IMG/VR virus record: IMGVR_UViG_3300028840_004314
Location: 20,486 to 84,485 of that record
DNA length: 64,000 nt
Origin: a virus
Direction: 5' to 3' (one strand)
Below, piece by piece: positions 18,816 through 28,638 of this stretch. The notes under the pieces are model-generated. The model did no database searches, was not told the origin of the DNA, and saw only the letters and a list, made by a program, of their open reading frames with translations. The translations under genes were made by a program, and so were the position numbers. Every line of letters begins with the position of its first letter. Within the stretch, counting starts at the first letter, position 1.

Positions 18816-20047
18816 TGGCCGTAGCTGCCCAATCTGTTCCTACTGGTTTACCAGGTGAATACAGTCTTCGTGTGAAGTTTGCGAACGACGACGATCTTGT
18901 TTTGGATCCTCGGGGTATTCGTGAACTCAGTATCACACACGACCTGAACAGAACACTTCCTTCCTTTAGGTTGAAGACGGAGGATGGTACTGGTATACTA
19001 AGCCATTTCACCAGCGTAGATGTCACGCGAACCATAACAATTGAAATTGGGAGTAAGTCGGGGGAATTGGATCCTTTTGTATCGTATACGTTCGACGACT
19101 ATCGGAAGTTTCCAAATTCCAATGACATCTATGACATTGAAGGGCTGTTGTCAGTACCTAATGTGTTTTCTCCTAGTTTCTGTAGGTCGTTTTCCTCCCC
19201 TAAGGCCGCCATCGAACAGGTGGGTGCCGACATGGGAATGGATGAAGTAGTTGTAAGTTCCAGTCTGGATTACGATAGGAACATCGTACAGCCGGATTGG
19301 TCGAATGCCACCTTTCTGAATTATCTGTCCAGTACGGTGGTAGGGGCCTCCCAGGAGGCCGGGTACTATTATTTCATCCGCAAGGAGGACCAGAAACTTA
19401 AGTTGTTTTTCAAACACCTTGGAGAATTAGTTCACTCTCCAGTTAAGTACAATTTCGTGGTGGGATCCGCCTTCGAGACCAAAACCAAGAAGGGTGATAC
19501 CGTTCAGTACTATCCAGTATGGAATTACCGCGTTGAGGAAAACCACCTGACGGTTGGAATCAAAGGCCTGACAAAACGTGGATACACGTATTTCGACTAC
19601 GATACAGGAACCTTCAAATACAATGAAGTGAATTTGGATTCCTTCCCGTCCTGTGCGGAGGCCTTTCTGATATCCAAGGATGATGACGCCGGACGTTTTC
19701 TGGATGTAGATACAGGTCAGACAAGCGCATACACCTCGGACTTTGTGGGACAGGTAAAGGGAACACATTACAAGAGAACAAACAAACTCGTACGGATGTG
19801 GATAACGTCCTTTGGTTTAGGGGATCTACATTCTGGTGATACTATTCTGTTAAAGTGGACTATTGGTGTTCTTCCGAACAGTGAGATGGAGTACCAGTAC
19901 CAGGGGTACTGGATGGTGGAGAAGGTGATACATAGGTTCGGTATGACTTGGATCTCCGAGATTCTACTTTGTAGGAATGGAGTAGATGTTGGGGATCTAA
20001 ACACATCCTTGGAAGTCGCCAGTAGAGTTCAAAGGAAGAAGGTATAA
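18815..20047 (+). CDS. Baseplate hub protein (gp27-like)
   Basis: GDTI...YQGYWMVEKVIHRF C-terminal motif; synteny. Confidence 0.65.
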   Translation: MAVAAQSVPTGLPGEYSLRVKFANDDDLVLDPRGIRELSITHDLNRTLPSFRLKTEDGTGILSHFTSVDVTRTITIEIGSKSGELDPFVSYTFDDYRKFPNSNDIYDIEGLLSVPNVFSPSFCRSFSSPKAAIEQVGADMGMDEVVVSSSLDYDRNIVQPDWSNATFLNYLSSTVVGASQEAGYYYFIRKEDQKLKLFFKHLGELVHSPVKYNFVVGSAFETKTKKGDTVQYYPVWNYRVEENHLTVGIKGLTKRGYTYFDYDTGTFKYNEVNLDSFPSCAEAFLISKDDDAGRFLDVDTGQTSAYTSDFVGQVKGTHYKRTNKLVRMWITSFGLGDLHSGDTILLKWTIGVLPNSEMEYQYQGYWMVEKVIHRFGMTWISEILLCRNGVDVGDLNTSLEVASRVQRKKV

Positions 20048-20322
20048 TGGCTTCAAAAAACATAGCTTGTTTAGGTGATGGGGCCACTCACTCGGGTTCT
20101 ATTGTCACATCCGGGCAGGATGGGAGCTTCACGCTCAACGGGTTGGAAGTCGCCGTGGAAGGGGCCCGATTTTCTTGTAACATAAAGAAACATGGAACGA
20201 CGGATATTACACCGGCTTCCACCACTACTGGTGCCAATGGGAAAGCCATCATAGGTACTGGTTCCGTGGCTGGCTGTGGGGCCGTGATAACGCCTCCGGA
20301 TAGAAAGGCCTACATAGGATGA
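20047..20322 (+). CDS. PAAR-like spike tip protein
   Basis: ACLGDGATHSGSI...NGLEVAVEG..C...HG...GCGAVI. Confidence 0.8.
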   Translation: MASKNIACLGDGATHSGSIVTSGQDGSFTLNGLEVAVEGARFSCNIKKHGTTDITPASTTTGANGKAIIGTGSVAGCGAVITPPDRKAYIG

Positions 20323-20966
20323 GAGAGTTACTAGACATCTTATTTGAAGCTGACGAAAAGAAACGTCATCGGGATTTGTTTCGTCCTGTAACTCCGGAGG
20401 AACAGGATGAAATGTACAAGGAGGAGGTTCGTGGATTTATCGAATGGGTTCAGGCTCTACCAGGTATTATAGTACATCGCGATGGTTCTTTGTCTACCAA
20501 CGGAGATGTTAACATAGCGGACTGGTTGGACGGATATACTGGCGGGGAAGAAGTGCAATTAGACGGACAACTTCCGTTCAAGTTTAGGTACGTTGGAGGA
20601 GATTTTGACTGTTCCCACTTACTTCTTCATACACTTAAGGGTTGTCCTAGAAATGTAGGAGGAAGTTTCTTTTGTGAACATAACAGTTTGGACTCTCTGG
20701 AAGGTGGTCCTAACAAAGTGGGAGGGATGTACGATTGTTCCGACAATGAATTAACTACTTTGTATGGTGTGGCAGACACGATTGGGGACAATCGAGTTTT
20801 TGACTGTTCAAATAACGCGTTAGAGGAGATAGATGAACTTCCTTCAAATGTGGATGGTTGTGATGTGGTTGCCGGCGGTAATGTAGAGTATCAGAAGAGG
20901 ATGGTCTACGACTACTTCGGAGAGGATTACGACGAGGATGATGAAGATTGGGAGATAGAGGCGTAA
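20319..20966 (+). CDS. Leucine-rich-repeat protein, paralogue of 4757-5392
   Basis: LPFKF..VGGDFDCS, LKGCP, VGGSFFCEHNSLDSLEGGP repeats. Confidence 0.7.
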   Translation: MRELLDILFEADEKKRHRDLFRPVTPEEQDEMYKEEVRGFIEWVQALPGIIVHRDGSLSTNGDVNIADWLDGYTGGEEVQLDGQLPFKFRYVGGDFDCSHLLLHTLKGCPRNVGGSFFCEHNSLDSLEGGPNKVGGMYDCSDNELTTLYGVADTIGDNRVFDCSNNALEEIDELPSNVDGCDVVAGGNVEYQKRMVYDYFGEDYDEDDEDWEIEA

Positions 20967-21244
20967 TGGAGAGGCCTGAGGAAAGTACTAAATTACAGCG
21001 GGTATGTAGTAAACGTACCATATGTGAAGTACATCGTCAGATAAAAGATTTGGTATTTTTCGATGGTGACAAAAAGGAGATTTTGGCTTTAGTGGATGAA
21101 GCCTTTGAGATGGGTGTGGCGATGACTAAGAAGTTGGTGGAGTACAAGTGTAGTTTGCCTGACTGGAAAAAGAACACCAACAAGGAGGAGATCGCCCGTA
21201 TTCGGAAACTACGATTGGAATTGGAACGTCATGACAATGGATGA
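20966..21244 (+). CDS. Hypothetical protein
   Basis: TAATG coupling at 20966. Confidence 0.5.
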   Translation: MERPEESTKLQRVCSKRTICEVHRQIKDLVFFDGDKKEILALVDEAFEMGVAMTKKLVEYKCSLPDWKKNTNKEEIARIRKLRLELERHDNG

Positions 21245-21929
21245 TCACAAGTTTACAGGAATGTACCGCGGAAAAGTACTGGCTACCGACGCCAATGAGT
21301 CCAACCAATATGGACGGCTCAAGGTGGAGGTATATCCCATGATGTTGGGTAAAGCCACTGCCGTGGAACAAGGGAAACTGGGCAACACAGTTGAAGGAAT
21401 GACTACATCACAAATGCCTTGGGCTGTTCCTGCAACTCCACTCTTCTCTGGGGCTGGATCTGGACATGGTTGGTTCGCTGTACCTGAGGTAGGATCCTAT
21501 GTGTTCGTGTTCTTTTTGGAGGGCGACATCAACCAACCAGTGTACTTTGCGGAGGCCCCCACGGGATCCCACGGACTACCGGCCTCCCGTACGACTAATT
21601 ACCCTGCCAGGAGGGTCCTCCGGACCAAGGCTGGGTTGGAAGTCATCTTTGACGATACTGACACCCAGATCGATATAAAACAGCCTACAGGGTCGTACAT
21701 TCGGTTGGACAGCGATGGTAATATCAAGGTGGTAGCCACGGGAGATGTAGATGTACAATCGGAGGGTGACACAAACATAACATCTGAGGGTGATACACAA
21801 ATAACGACAACTAAAAGTGCGAAGGTGAACTCCACAGAAGGGGTACAAGTTACAAGTGTAGGTCCCGTTACAGTAACATCTTCTTCCACAGTAACCATAA
21901 CTGGAACAGCCGTGAGTATAAACACATGA
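21231..21929 (+). CDS. Baseplate central spike (gp5/VgrG-like OB-fold plus beta-helix)
   Basis: YRGKV...GRLKVEV...PWA...VPEVGSYVFVFFLEGDINQPVY; 8-aa C-terminal repeats; no lysozyme domain seen. Confidence 0.9.
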   Translation: MTMDDHKFTGMYRGKVLATDANESNQYGRLKVEVYPMMLGKATAVEQGKLGNTVEGMTTSQMPWAVPATPLFSGAGSGHGWFAVPEVGSYVFVFFLEGDINQPVYFAEAPTGSHGLPASRTTNYPARRVLRTKAGLEVIFDDTDTQIDIKQPTGSYIRLDSDGNIKVVATGDVDVQSEGDTNITSEGDTQITTTKSAKVNSTEGVQVTSVGPVTVTSSSTVTITGTAVSINT

Positions 21930-22228
21930 ACCTAATACAACAACTAATGGAAGCCGATGATGGACATCGCGAACTGTTTCGTCCTATGGACAGTAAGGAA
22001 GTACACAAGGCTGATGCCAATATGTCTGTGGATGATCTAAACAGGGAGGCCAATAATGTGTATCAACAGTTTCGTTCGGAACTCATAGAGATGGTCAAAC
22101 ACATTGGGGAAGGTCGTGGGGAGAATTTGCTGGAAGGTGTGTGTGAATTTATCTACGAGGACAGGCAGGAAATCATTGATATGATCATCGAGGGACTGGG
22201 CAATCCTGGTATGTTTGGAGCAGGCTAA
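21926..22228 (+). CDS. Hypothetical protein sharing its N-terminal leader with the LRR proteins
   Basis: MNLIQQLMEADDGHRELFRPM. Confidence 0.55.
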   Translation: MNLIQQLMEADDGHRELFRPMDSKEVHKADANMSVDDLNREANNVYQQFRSELIEMVKHIGEGRGENLLEGVCEFIYEDRQEIIDMIIEGLGNPGMFGAG

Positions 22229-22626
22229 TGGCACTTGTAAGTACAATTGAAACAGTATGGAGTGACTTGGATCCGGCCTTGGTGACGGATGCTCAGGGGG
22301 ATATCAAGAAGGGACTGAACCTGGAGGCGGTGAAGGGATCCATTGACAATATACTTCACACAAACCGCGGGGAGAGATTATGGCTTCCTGAATTTGGATC
22401 TTCCCTGATGGATGTGTTATTCGAGCCCATTAGTGAAGAAACCTTTGCGAATTTGGCCTCCACCTTGAAAGAAGAATTGACGAAATGGGATGATCGCATT
22501 ATAATCAATTCCATTGATTACACGGGTGATCCTGATTCCCACCAAATTACTTTGAAAATGCAATTCAGTGCTCGTGGGTACGATAGTGTTTTCCAGTACT
22601 CCACTACAATTGTTGGTACAGGATAA
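22228..22626 (+). CDS. Baseplate wedge subunit (gp25-like)
   Basis: SIDNILHTNRGERLWLPEFGSSL...LFEP...WDDRI. Confidence 0.9.
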   Translation: MALVSTIETVWSDLDPALVTDAQGDIKKGLNLEAVKGSIDNILHTNRGERLWLPEFGSSLMDVLFEPISEETFANLASTLKEELTKWDDRIIINSIDYTGDPDSHQITLKMQFSARGYDSVFQYSTTIVGTG

Positions 22627-22632
22627 TCAATT

Positions 22633-24345
22633 ATGGCTACAACTAATCCCCTCAGCTATACCACGTACGACTTTGACTCCATCAAAACACAGTTGGAGAC
22701 AAGGTTGAAAGCCACGGACGCCTGGAAGGACACTTATGAATCCTCCACTGGGCAGACGATGATCGAGATGTTGGCTGCCACTCTCCAACTGGCTATGTTC
22801 TATCTGGAGAGAAGGGCGGAGGAGTGTTACATTGACACAGCCCAGAATCGTTCCAGCGTGGTGAATCTGTGTAGACTAATCAATTACACACCTAAACGGA
22901 AAATCTCCGCCACAGGAACGCTGACATTCTCTATCGCCACAGCCAAATCTGTACGTGTGTACATCCCTCAGTACACCTCTTGCCAGACAGTCAACGGGGT
23001 GAAGTTTGTTACTACTACGGATGTAACTATTGAGGCTGGACAAACCTCTGTGGATGTAACTGCCATTGAAGGATCGCTCATCACAGAGTCCTTCACTGGT
23101 GATGGTACAGCCGATCAGGAACTATCCATAGACGATACGGCCGTGGAGAATGACGACCATACCGCCATCACTGGGTTTTCAGCCATCCGTGTAACTGTGG
23201 CGGGGGAGGATTGGACAAAAGTAACATCCTTCCTGTCATCCACCAACACCAGCAAGCACTACCGTCTCAGGGAGGAATTGGATCAGACGATGACCGTCAT
23301 ATTCGGGGATGATATCCGTGGAAAGGCCCCAGAAACTGGTGATACCATCACCGTGAGATACATTCGATCCACTGGGGCGGACGGTAACGTGTACGAGACG
23401 GGGAAGGTCACCACCCTAAATGACACTATTTACGACGCGGCTTCCGCAGAAACTACTGTTACTGTAACTAACAGTACAACTATGTCGGGTGGGGATGATG
23501 AAGAGGGGATCGAGGAGATTCGGACGGAGGCCCCCGATGTGTTTAGTACGGGGGACAGGGCAGTTACGAAGAACGATTTCAAGGCCCTCATCCAAAACTA
23601 TGGTAGTGTAGCGGACGTAAACGTGTGGGGAGAGAATGAGGAGAGTCCGCCCAACTACAACATGTTCAACAAGGTAAGGATTGTGATGTTGATCGACGGG
23701 TGGGCGGATCCCACTACAAGTTTCAAGACGGCCCTGTCGGATTACTTGTACGAGAAATCCATGTTGACGGTGAAGTACGAGTACATCGACGCCCAGATTT
23801 TGAACGTTATTGCCATGGTTGATGCCACCGTCAACGAAGGATATTCACTAAGCCAGACGGAGTCTGATATTGGTACTGCGTTGGACGCCGAATTCGTGTT
23901 GGGTTCCACTACCAAGTTGGGAACCAGTAAGTATGTGTCGAACTTGATTGAAACCATCGACGATTTGGCAGCCATTAACTATCATCATTTAACCCTTGAA
24001 ATCAAACAAACACTTTCAACTTCAGCAGATTCAGGATACGATTATGGGGCAACACTGTACGCCACACCTTTGAAGACTTCAAGTGTAAAGGTGTATGTTG
24101 GCAGTACTCAGGTAGCCATCGACGATGGTTCTGGGGCCTTAACTGATCAGTCCTCCACATACACAGTTACTGGTACTGTAAATTACACTACTGGTGCTGT
24201 GAATGTAAACTTCACGCCTGACGTATCTGGGGAGAGCGTTTACGTTCGATACCGACAGGATCAGAACGGGGATATCATTGTAGGCAACAAACAGGTATGC
24301 AAATTGGATTCCACCGAGGTTTCAAGCATCGCATACGTATCTTAG
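22633..24345 (+). CDS. Baseplate wedge subunit (gp6/BaseplateJ-like)
   Basis: DFDSIK, TAQNRSSV, FGDDIRGKAP, GADGN, GGDDEE..EEIR, RAVTKNDF. Confidence 0.9.
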   Translation: MATTNPLSYTTYDFDSIKTQLETRLKATDAWKDTYESSTGQTMIEMLAATLQLAMFYLERRAEECYIDTAQNRSSVVNLCRLINYTPKRKISATGTLTFSIATAKSVRVYIPQYTSCQTVNGVKFVTTTDVTIEAGQTSVDVTAIEGSLITESFTGDGTADQELSIDDTAVENDDHTAITGFSAIRVTVAGEDWTKVTSFLSSTNTSKHYRLREELDQTMTVIFGDDIRGKAPETGDTITVRYIRSTGADGNVYETGKVTTLNDTIYDAASAETTVTVTNSTTMSGGDDEEGIEEIRTEAPDVFSTGDRAVTKNDFKALIQNYGSVADVNVWGENEESPPNYNMFNKVRIVMLIDGWADPTTSFKTALSDYLYEKSMLTVKYEYIDAQILNVIAMVDATVNEGYSLSQTESDIGTALDAEFVLGSTTKLGTSKYVSNLIETIDDLAAINYHHLTLEIKQTLSTSADSGYDYGATLYATPLKTSSVKVYVGSTQVAIDDGSGALTDQSSTYTVTGTVNYTTGAVNVNFTPDVSGESVYVRYRQDQNGDIIVGNKQVCKLDSTEVSSIAYVS

Positions 24346-24360
24346 TACTGGAGTTTTAAA

Positions 24361-24753
24361 ATGGCAAACAACAGATCGACAAGTGCATCAAACGGAACAA
24401 ATGGAACGAAGGCCTCTCTACATAAGGGCTTGACCATAGCCCTGGCGATCTTTTCCATTGTGTCGATCGCCTACACGGCGGGAATCACCATCCGAAGTAC
24501 TTCGGTAGAGGACCTTCTAAAGGAATCTCAGAAGCAGTCCAAGGATGATATTCATCTTCAAAATCAGGCCGAACAGGTGGACGAGGATCTCCAGGATCTG
24601 AAGGTGGATGGCTGTCTACCCGCCCAGCAAAATGAGAAGGATATCATAGCAATCCAGGGTAATCTGGAACATCTGAAGAATGGACAGACCAGTATTATCC
24701 GGAGTCTGGATGATTTGAAAAAGGAAGTCAACAGATCCAATTCTGAAAGATAG
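24361..24753 (+). CDS. Membrane-anchored coiled-coil protein (possible lysis/spanin-like protein)
   Basis: Single transmembrane segment LTIALAIFSIVSIAYTAGITI followed by heptad-rich helix. Confidence 0.45.
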   Translation: MANNRSTSASNGTNGTKASLHKGLTIALAIFSIVSIAYTAGITIRSTSVEDLLKESQKQSKDDIHLQNQAEQVDEDLQDLKVDGCLPAQQNEKDIIAIQGNLEHLKNGQTSIIRSLDDLKKEVNRSNSER

Positions 24754-24756
24754 ACC

Positions 24757-25851
24757 ATGGCCGTTGACCTATTAAAAGTATTCCCAGAGAAGTTTCATAG
24801 TTCGGAGTTGTTGCAGGCCTACTTCGATACCTACGAGTATTACCTGGACGACTTCATAACTAAGACTGGGTCTCTACTTCAATTACAGGATCCTAACGAG
24901 GTTAGTGCCACCTATCTGCAAAGGTTGGCTAACCTGTTGAACTTCAAGCTCAGTAATCCGGATTCTGTTAGTGATGCCATTCGACGTAATGAGCTGATCG
25001 GGGCCGTGGACTGGTACAAAATGAAAGGGACCTACGAGTCCCTGTTACTCATCGCCCTCTGGGTGAAATTCGATTTCACCATTTACGATAAGTACACCAA
25101 CGACTATTCCACCTTTGTGGATCAGGAGTGGTTTGTTGGTGAGGAGGATGAAAACCCGACTGGGTTGGATTCCACGTATTACAAGAGTCCTCACTTTGGT
25201 TTGAGTGTGTCCTTGAACCAGGTGAGGGACGCCGGGACTTACGACGAAGGTTATTTGGATCGACATCTATGGCGTCCCTCCCTGTTTGTAGGTATCACTG
25301 ACCATGTGGAGAAAACCAGACCTGTAAACACGGTTCCATCTTACTTGATCGAACACAATTGCCTCACGGATGAGACGTTGGCAGCGGTGGAAATAGCCAC
25401 TACGGAAACGGTTACGAAGATTGTAGGTACATGGCCGGCCAGTAAATTGGTGTTTGATGGTGATGGTTTGTCCACCCCCAACCAACGATACTTTGACAAT
25501 GGAGATCAGTTTGATCAGGATCCATCCAGTTACATTGCCACTATTACTGGTTGGAAATTGAGCACAGGTGGTGGATCCGGTATGTTGGATCTTACACAGG
25601 ATTCCTCTTCCTACTCCCTGGATAATGTTGTACTTACTGGTACCGTGGATGGTTATTCTGTATCCGACAGTGAAATACAGATTTGGTTTACCGTTCCTCA
25701 AGCCACCGTACAATATGATATAAGCCAATTGGGTTTGTATGTTCAGATTCCTTCCGAGGAACTAATCATCGCTTCCACGTTTCCAGAGATCAACAAAGGA
25801 AGTAGTACAGCCCTGAAGGTTATCGTTACAATAGATAGATCCCAAACCTAG
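24757..25851 (+). CDS. Baseplate wedge protein (gp7 / P2 gpI-like)
   Basis: DP..V...YLQRLA...YKMKGTYES...KTRPVNT. Confidence 0.75.
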   Translation: MAVDLLKVFPEKFHSSELLQAYFDTYEYYLDDFITKTGSLLQLQDPNEVSATYLQRLANLLNFKLSNPDSVSDAIRRNELIGAVDWYKMKGTYESLLLIALWVKFDFTIYDKYTNDYSTFVDQEWFVGEEDENPTGLDSTYYKSPHFGLSVSLNQVRDAGTYDEGYLDRHLWRPSLFVGITDHVEKTRPVNTVPSYLIEHNCLTDETLAAVEIATTETVTKIVGTWPASKLVFDGDGLSTPNQRYFDNGDQFDQDPSSYIATITGWKLSTGGGSGMLDLTQDSSSYSLDNVVLTGTVDGYSVSDSEIQIWFTVPQATVQYDISQLGLYVQIPSEELIIASTFPEINKGSSTALKVIVTIDRSQT

Positions 25852-25861
25852 GAGATTTACA

Positions 25862-27049
25862 ATGCCGGCGAATGAAGGTTCACAAACACTTAGCATTAAG
25901 TACTTGGATGATGTTGACAGTGCCAAGGTCAACGAGAGATTCCTTAACACAAGGGACACCGGCATCTACGAGGGTGGGTACATCACTATCACTGATGGAG
26001 CCACCGGAGCCATTTCCTTGTCACCTGTTGTATGTGAGATAGGTGACGGTTCCTATCAGGTCCGGGCCCAAACTACCACCGCTGTTACCAAGACATTGGT
26101 GGAGACCACCGGGGAGTACTTGGTACTTCGATGGACTTACACGGGGGCCAACACCGACTTCATGGAGATTCTGGTTTCCAATAACCCCCAGAGTACCGAC
26201 TTGATTGTTGGGCAAGGTGTATGGACGGCTGGAACCCTTACCAGTATCACCTACGCTGACAGGAAAACTCCTGTTAACATGTGGAAGTACCTGCAGGTGG
26301 TTCCGACGTCTCCCGCCAGTTCCAGTGTCCGAGTACGTCCAGGAACTTACATGTCTGGAAGTGGTCCAGTGTCTATCACGGATCAATCTGTGAGTTTGGC
26401 CAGTTACTCCGCGGGGGAGGTTGTTTACATATACATAAACTCTGCGGGAGCCGTTGCCCATTCGACGTCTTCATCCTCCTATCTTGGGAATGTACTGTTG
26501 GCTTCCATTACTATTCCTGTGAGTGGGACTATCGCGGCCACAGATATCTCAGATGTTCGTAGCTTCCTCAGTCCTACATACAACTCTCAGGAAAGAACCG
26601 CTTACATAAAGATTATTGACAAGAAATCCAATGGAACCGATGGACAATCCATGAGTGGTAACAGTTGGAACACCAGGGAATTGACGGATGAAATTTCCGA
26701 CACACACAATTTGGCAACATTGTCTTCCAACCAGATCACACTATTGGCCGGTACTTATGAGTGTAGTATCGTGGCTCCGGTCACCGCCGCAGCCACACAT
26801 GTATCCCAACTGTATAATGTTACGGATGGAGACACAGAGGTTCTTGGACTGGGTACAGCGGGGGCTGCCAGTTCCAATGAAACACACGATAGCCCAATAC
26901 GTGGACAGTTTACTATCACCACTAGTAAAGTGTTTGATATTAGAACGTACGTGTCGGATAACAGTAAATCGGGTATATCACAGGAAGCCTTATCTGGTGT
27001 GGACAACATTTATACTATAGCGGAGTTTTGGAGAATTGGTTACTCCTAA
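25862..27049 (+). CDS. Tail fibre / receptor-binding protein
   Basis: GIYEG N-terminus, LLASITIP...ISDVR, C-terminal WNTREL...SNQITLLAGTY beta domain. Confidence 0.65.
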   Translation: MPANEGSQTLSIKYLDDVDSAKVNERFLNTRDTGIYEGGYITITDGATGAISLSPVVCEIGDGSYQVRAQTTTAVTKTLVETTGEYLVLRWTYTGANTDFMEILVSNNPQSTDLIVGQGVWTAGTLTSITYADRKTPVNMWKYLQVVPTSPASSSVRVRPGTYMSGSGPVSITDQSVSLASYSAGEVVYIYINSAGAVAHSTSSSSYLGNVLLASITIPVSGTIAATDISDVRSFLSPTYNSQERTAYIKIIDKKSNGTDGQSMSGNSWNTRELTDEISDTHNLATLSSNQITLLAGTYECSIVAPVTAAATHVSQLYNVTDGDTEVLGLGTAGAASSNETHDSPIRGQFTITTSKVFDIRTYVSDNSKSGISQEALSGVDNIYTIAEFWRIGYS

Positions 27050-27061
27050 GAAAGGTGATGG

Positions 27062-27808
27062 ATGGGATATGGGTTAACACGCAATAAGAAGAAGTTGATC
27101 GTCAGAAGAACTAAGGTACGTCCGGCCCTGGACGCCCACCATATTGAGGAGGTGTTGTCCAGTGGTTGTTGGTCAGGTGAGAGATGTTTTTTACTGGGTG
27201 GTGGTCCCTCGTTAGTTAACTTCGATTTCTCCAAATTGGATGGCGAACTTACTATTGGAGTTAACAAAACTTTCAACGATTACTACTGTACAGTTAATTA
27301 CTCCATGGACATAGGATTCTATGATTACATTACGAATCCTTCCCCACACCCACCTCACAAGGCTCTGTGTAAAAGGTGGGAGGAGTATCCTGGTATAAAA
27401 GCCATCCTAGTACCGGATAGGCCTTTTCGATTCAAAGACAACTCCTATGTTGTGCCGAAGGTAGCCAAGGAGTGTATCAATCTGGAGGTTATGGATGGGA
27501 TCTTTCCAGGAAACAATAGTGGATTTGGGGCCCTAATGTTGGCTTTACAGTTTGGAGCCAACCCAATTTACTTACTAGGCTATGATTTCAAAACGACAAA
27601 AACAAAAACGCACTATCATGAAGGTTACGAACACTACCGTAAGCAGGACACGGACAGTTTACAGCCAGTTTTGGACAAGTTTCGTCGTCAATTCGAAAGG
27701 TTGGAGCCGACGTTCCGCTCATTAGATGTCTCAATCATCAACCTGAATCGTGAAAGTGCTCTAGAATGCTTCCCAAAAGGCCGGATAGAAAATCTGTTAA
27801 AAGGGTGA
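27062..27808 (+). CDS. Maf/MptE (DUF115)-like putative nonulosonate transferase 1
   Basis: CFLLGGGPSL...IGVN...NSGFGAL.LA...GANPIYLLGYDF. Confidence 0.7.
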   Translation: MGYGLTRNKKKLIVRRTKVRPALDAHHIEEVLSSGCWSGERCFLLGGGPSLVNFDFSKLDGELTIGVNKTFNDYYCTVNYSMDIGFYDYITNPSPHPPHKALCKRWEEYPGIKAILVPDRPFRFKDNSYVVPKVAKECINLEVMDGIFPGNNSGFGALMLALQFGANPIYLLGYDFKTTKTKTHYHEGYEHYRKQDTDSLQPVLDKFRRQFERLEPTFRSLDVSIINLNRESALECFPKGRIENLLKG

Positions 27809-28638
27809 AAGTTGTGGGGTATGGAAAATTACGTACGAGGAAGTCCACCCAATTCAACACTAAGCACGTATCACCTAAACCGGCCTTAAACATTTCTACG
27901 AAACAACGAAGTAGGGTTCCAAAAATCCCTACTGCCATACCCACAGCTACTCCATCCCCGAGCAAGAAACAACTATTCATTGTAGGTGGCGGATCCAGTC
28001 TGGCCAATTTCGAATTTAGTCGCCTGATGGGGCGGGATGTGATGTGTGTCAATACAGCCATATTCAGTGTTCCCTTCGCCAAATACTTTGTAACGAAGGA
28101 TTACACCTGGTTAGTGAAGAAGGGTGTAGTAAAAAGCAACACACAGTATGGTAATAGGGAAAGGTTTCTGAATCACAAAGCCATAAAGGTGTTCATGGCT
28201 TGTTTAGGAGAGACGTTGGTGTGTACTCCTGAGGGGTACATTGATACCAAATTCAGTTTGAGATACGACCTTACTATGTTTCATACCATTTTGGACTGTA
28301 TGAAGAAGGGAGGAATCGGTCTTACGAAGAAGGACGCCAGGTACGCGGGCGATAGTGGATACAGTGCACTACAATTGGCAGTCATATTGAAGTATGATCA
28401 GATCTTTCTACTTGGGTACGATATGACTACCACCAACAAAACACATTATCATCGAGGGTATGGAGATGGGGTGAAAGAATTTCAGACCCGACTTGATAGA
28501 TATTTGGTACACTACAGCAGGGCGATGGATGATATTAAGGAGAAGACAGAGATAGAGGTATTTAGCTGTTCCCCTATCAGTCGATTGAATGAATTTGTAC
28601 CGTTCAGGGACATCCAGGAGGTTTTATGCGCTCGTTAA
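27766..28638 (+). CDS. Maf/MptE-like putative transferase 2
   Basis: FIVGGGSSL...MCVN...DSGYSALQLA...IFLLGYDM...HYH; start may be GTG at about 27805. Confidence 0.7.
   Translation: MLPKRPDRKSVKRVKVVGYGKLRTRKSTQFNTKHVSPKPALNISTKQRSRVPKIPTAIPTATPSPSKKQLFIVGGGSSLANFEFSRLMGRDVMCVNTAIFSVPFAKYFVTKDYTWLVKKGVVKSNTQYGNRERFLNHKAIKVFMACLGETLVCTPEGYIDTKFSLRYDLTMFHTILDCMKKGGIGLTKKDARYAGDSGYSALQLAVILKYDQIFLLGYDMTTTNKTHYHRGYGDGVKEFQTRLDRYLVHYSRAMDDIKEKTEIEVFSCSPISRLNEFVPFRDIQEVLCAR

Noticed and set aside
25862-27049. Diversity-generating retroelement targeting the tail fibre
   Set aside because: No reverse transcriptase and no template/variable repeat pair seen in the window
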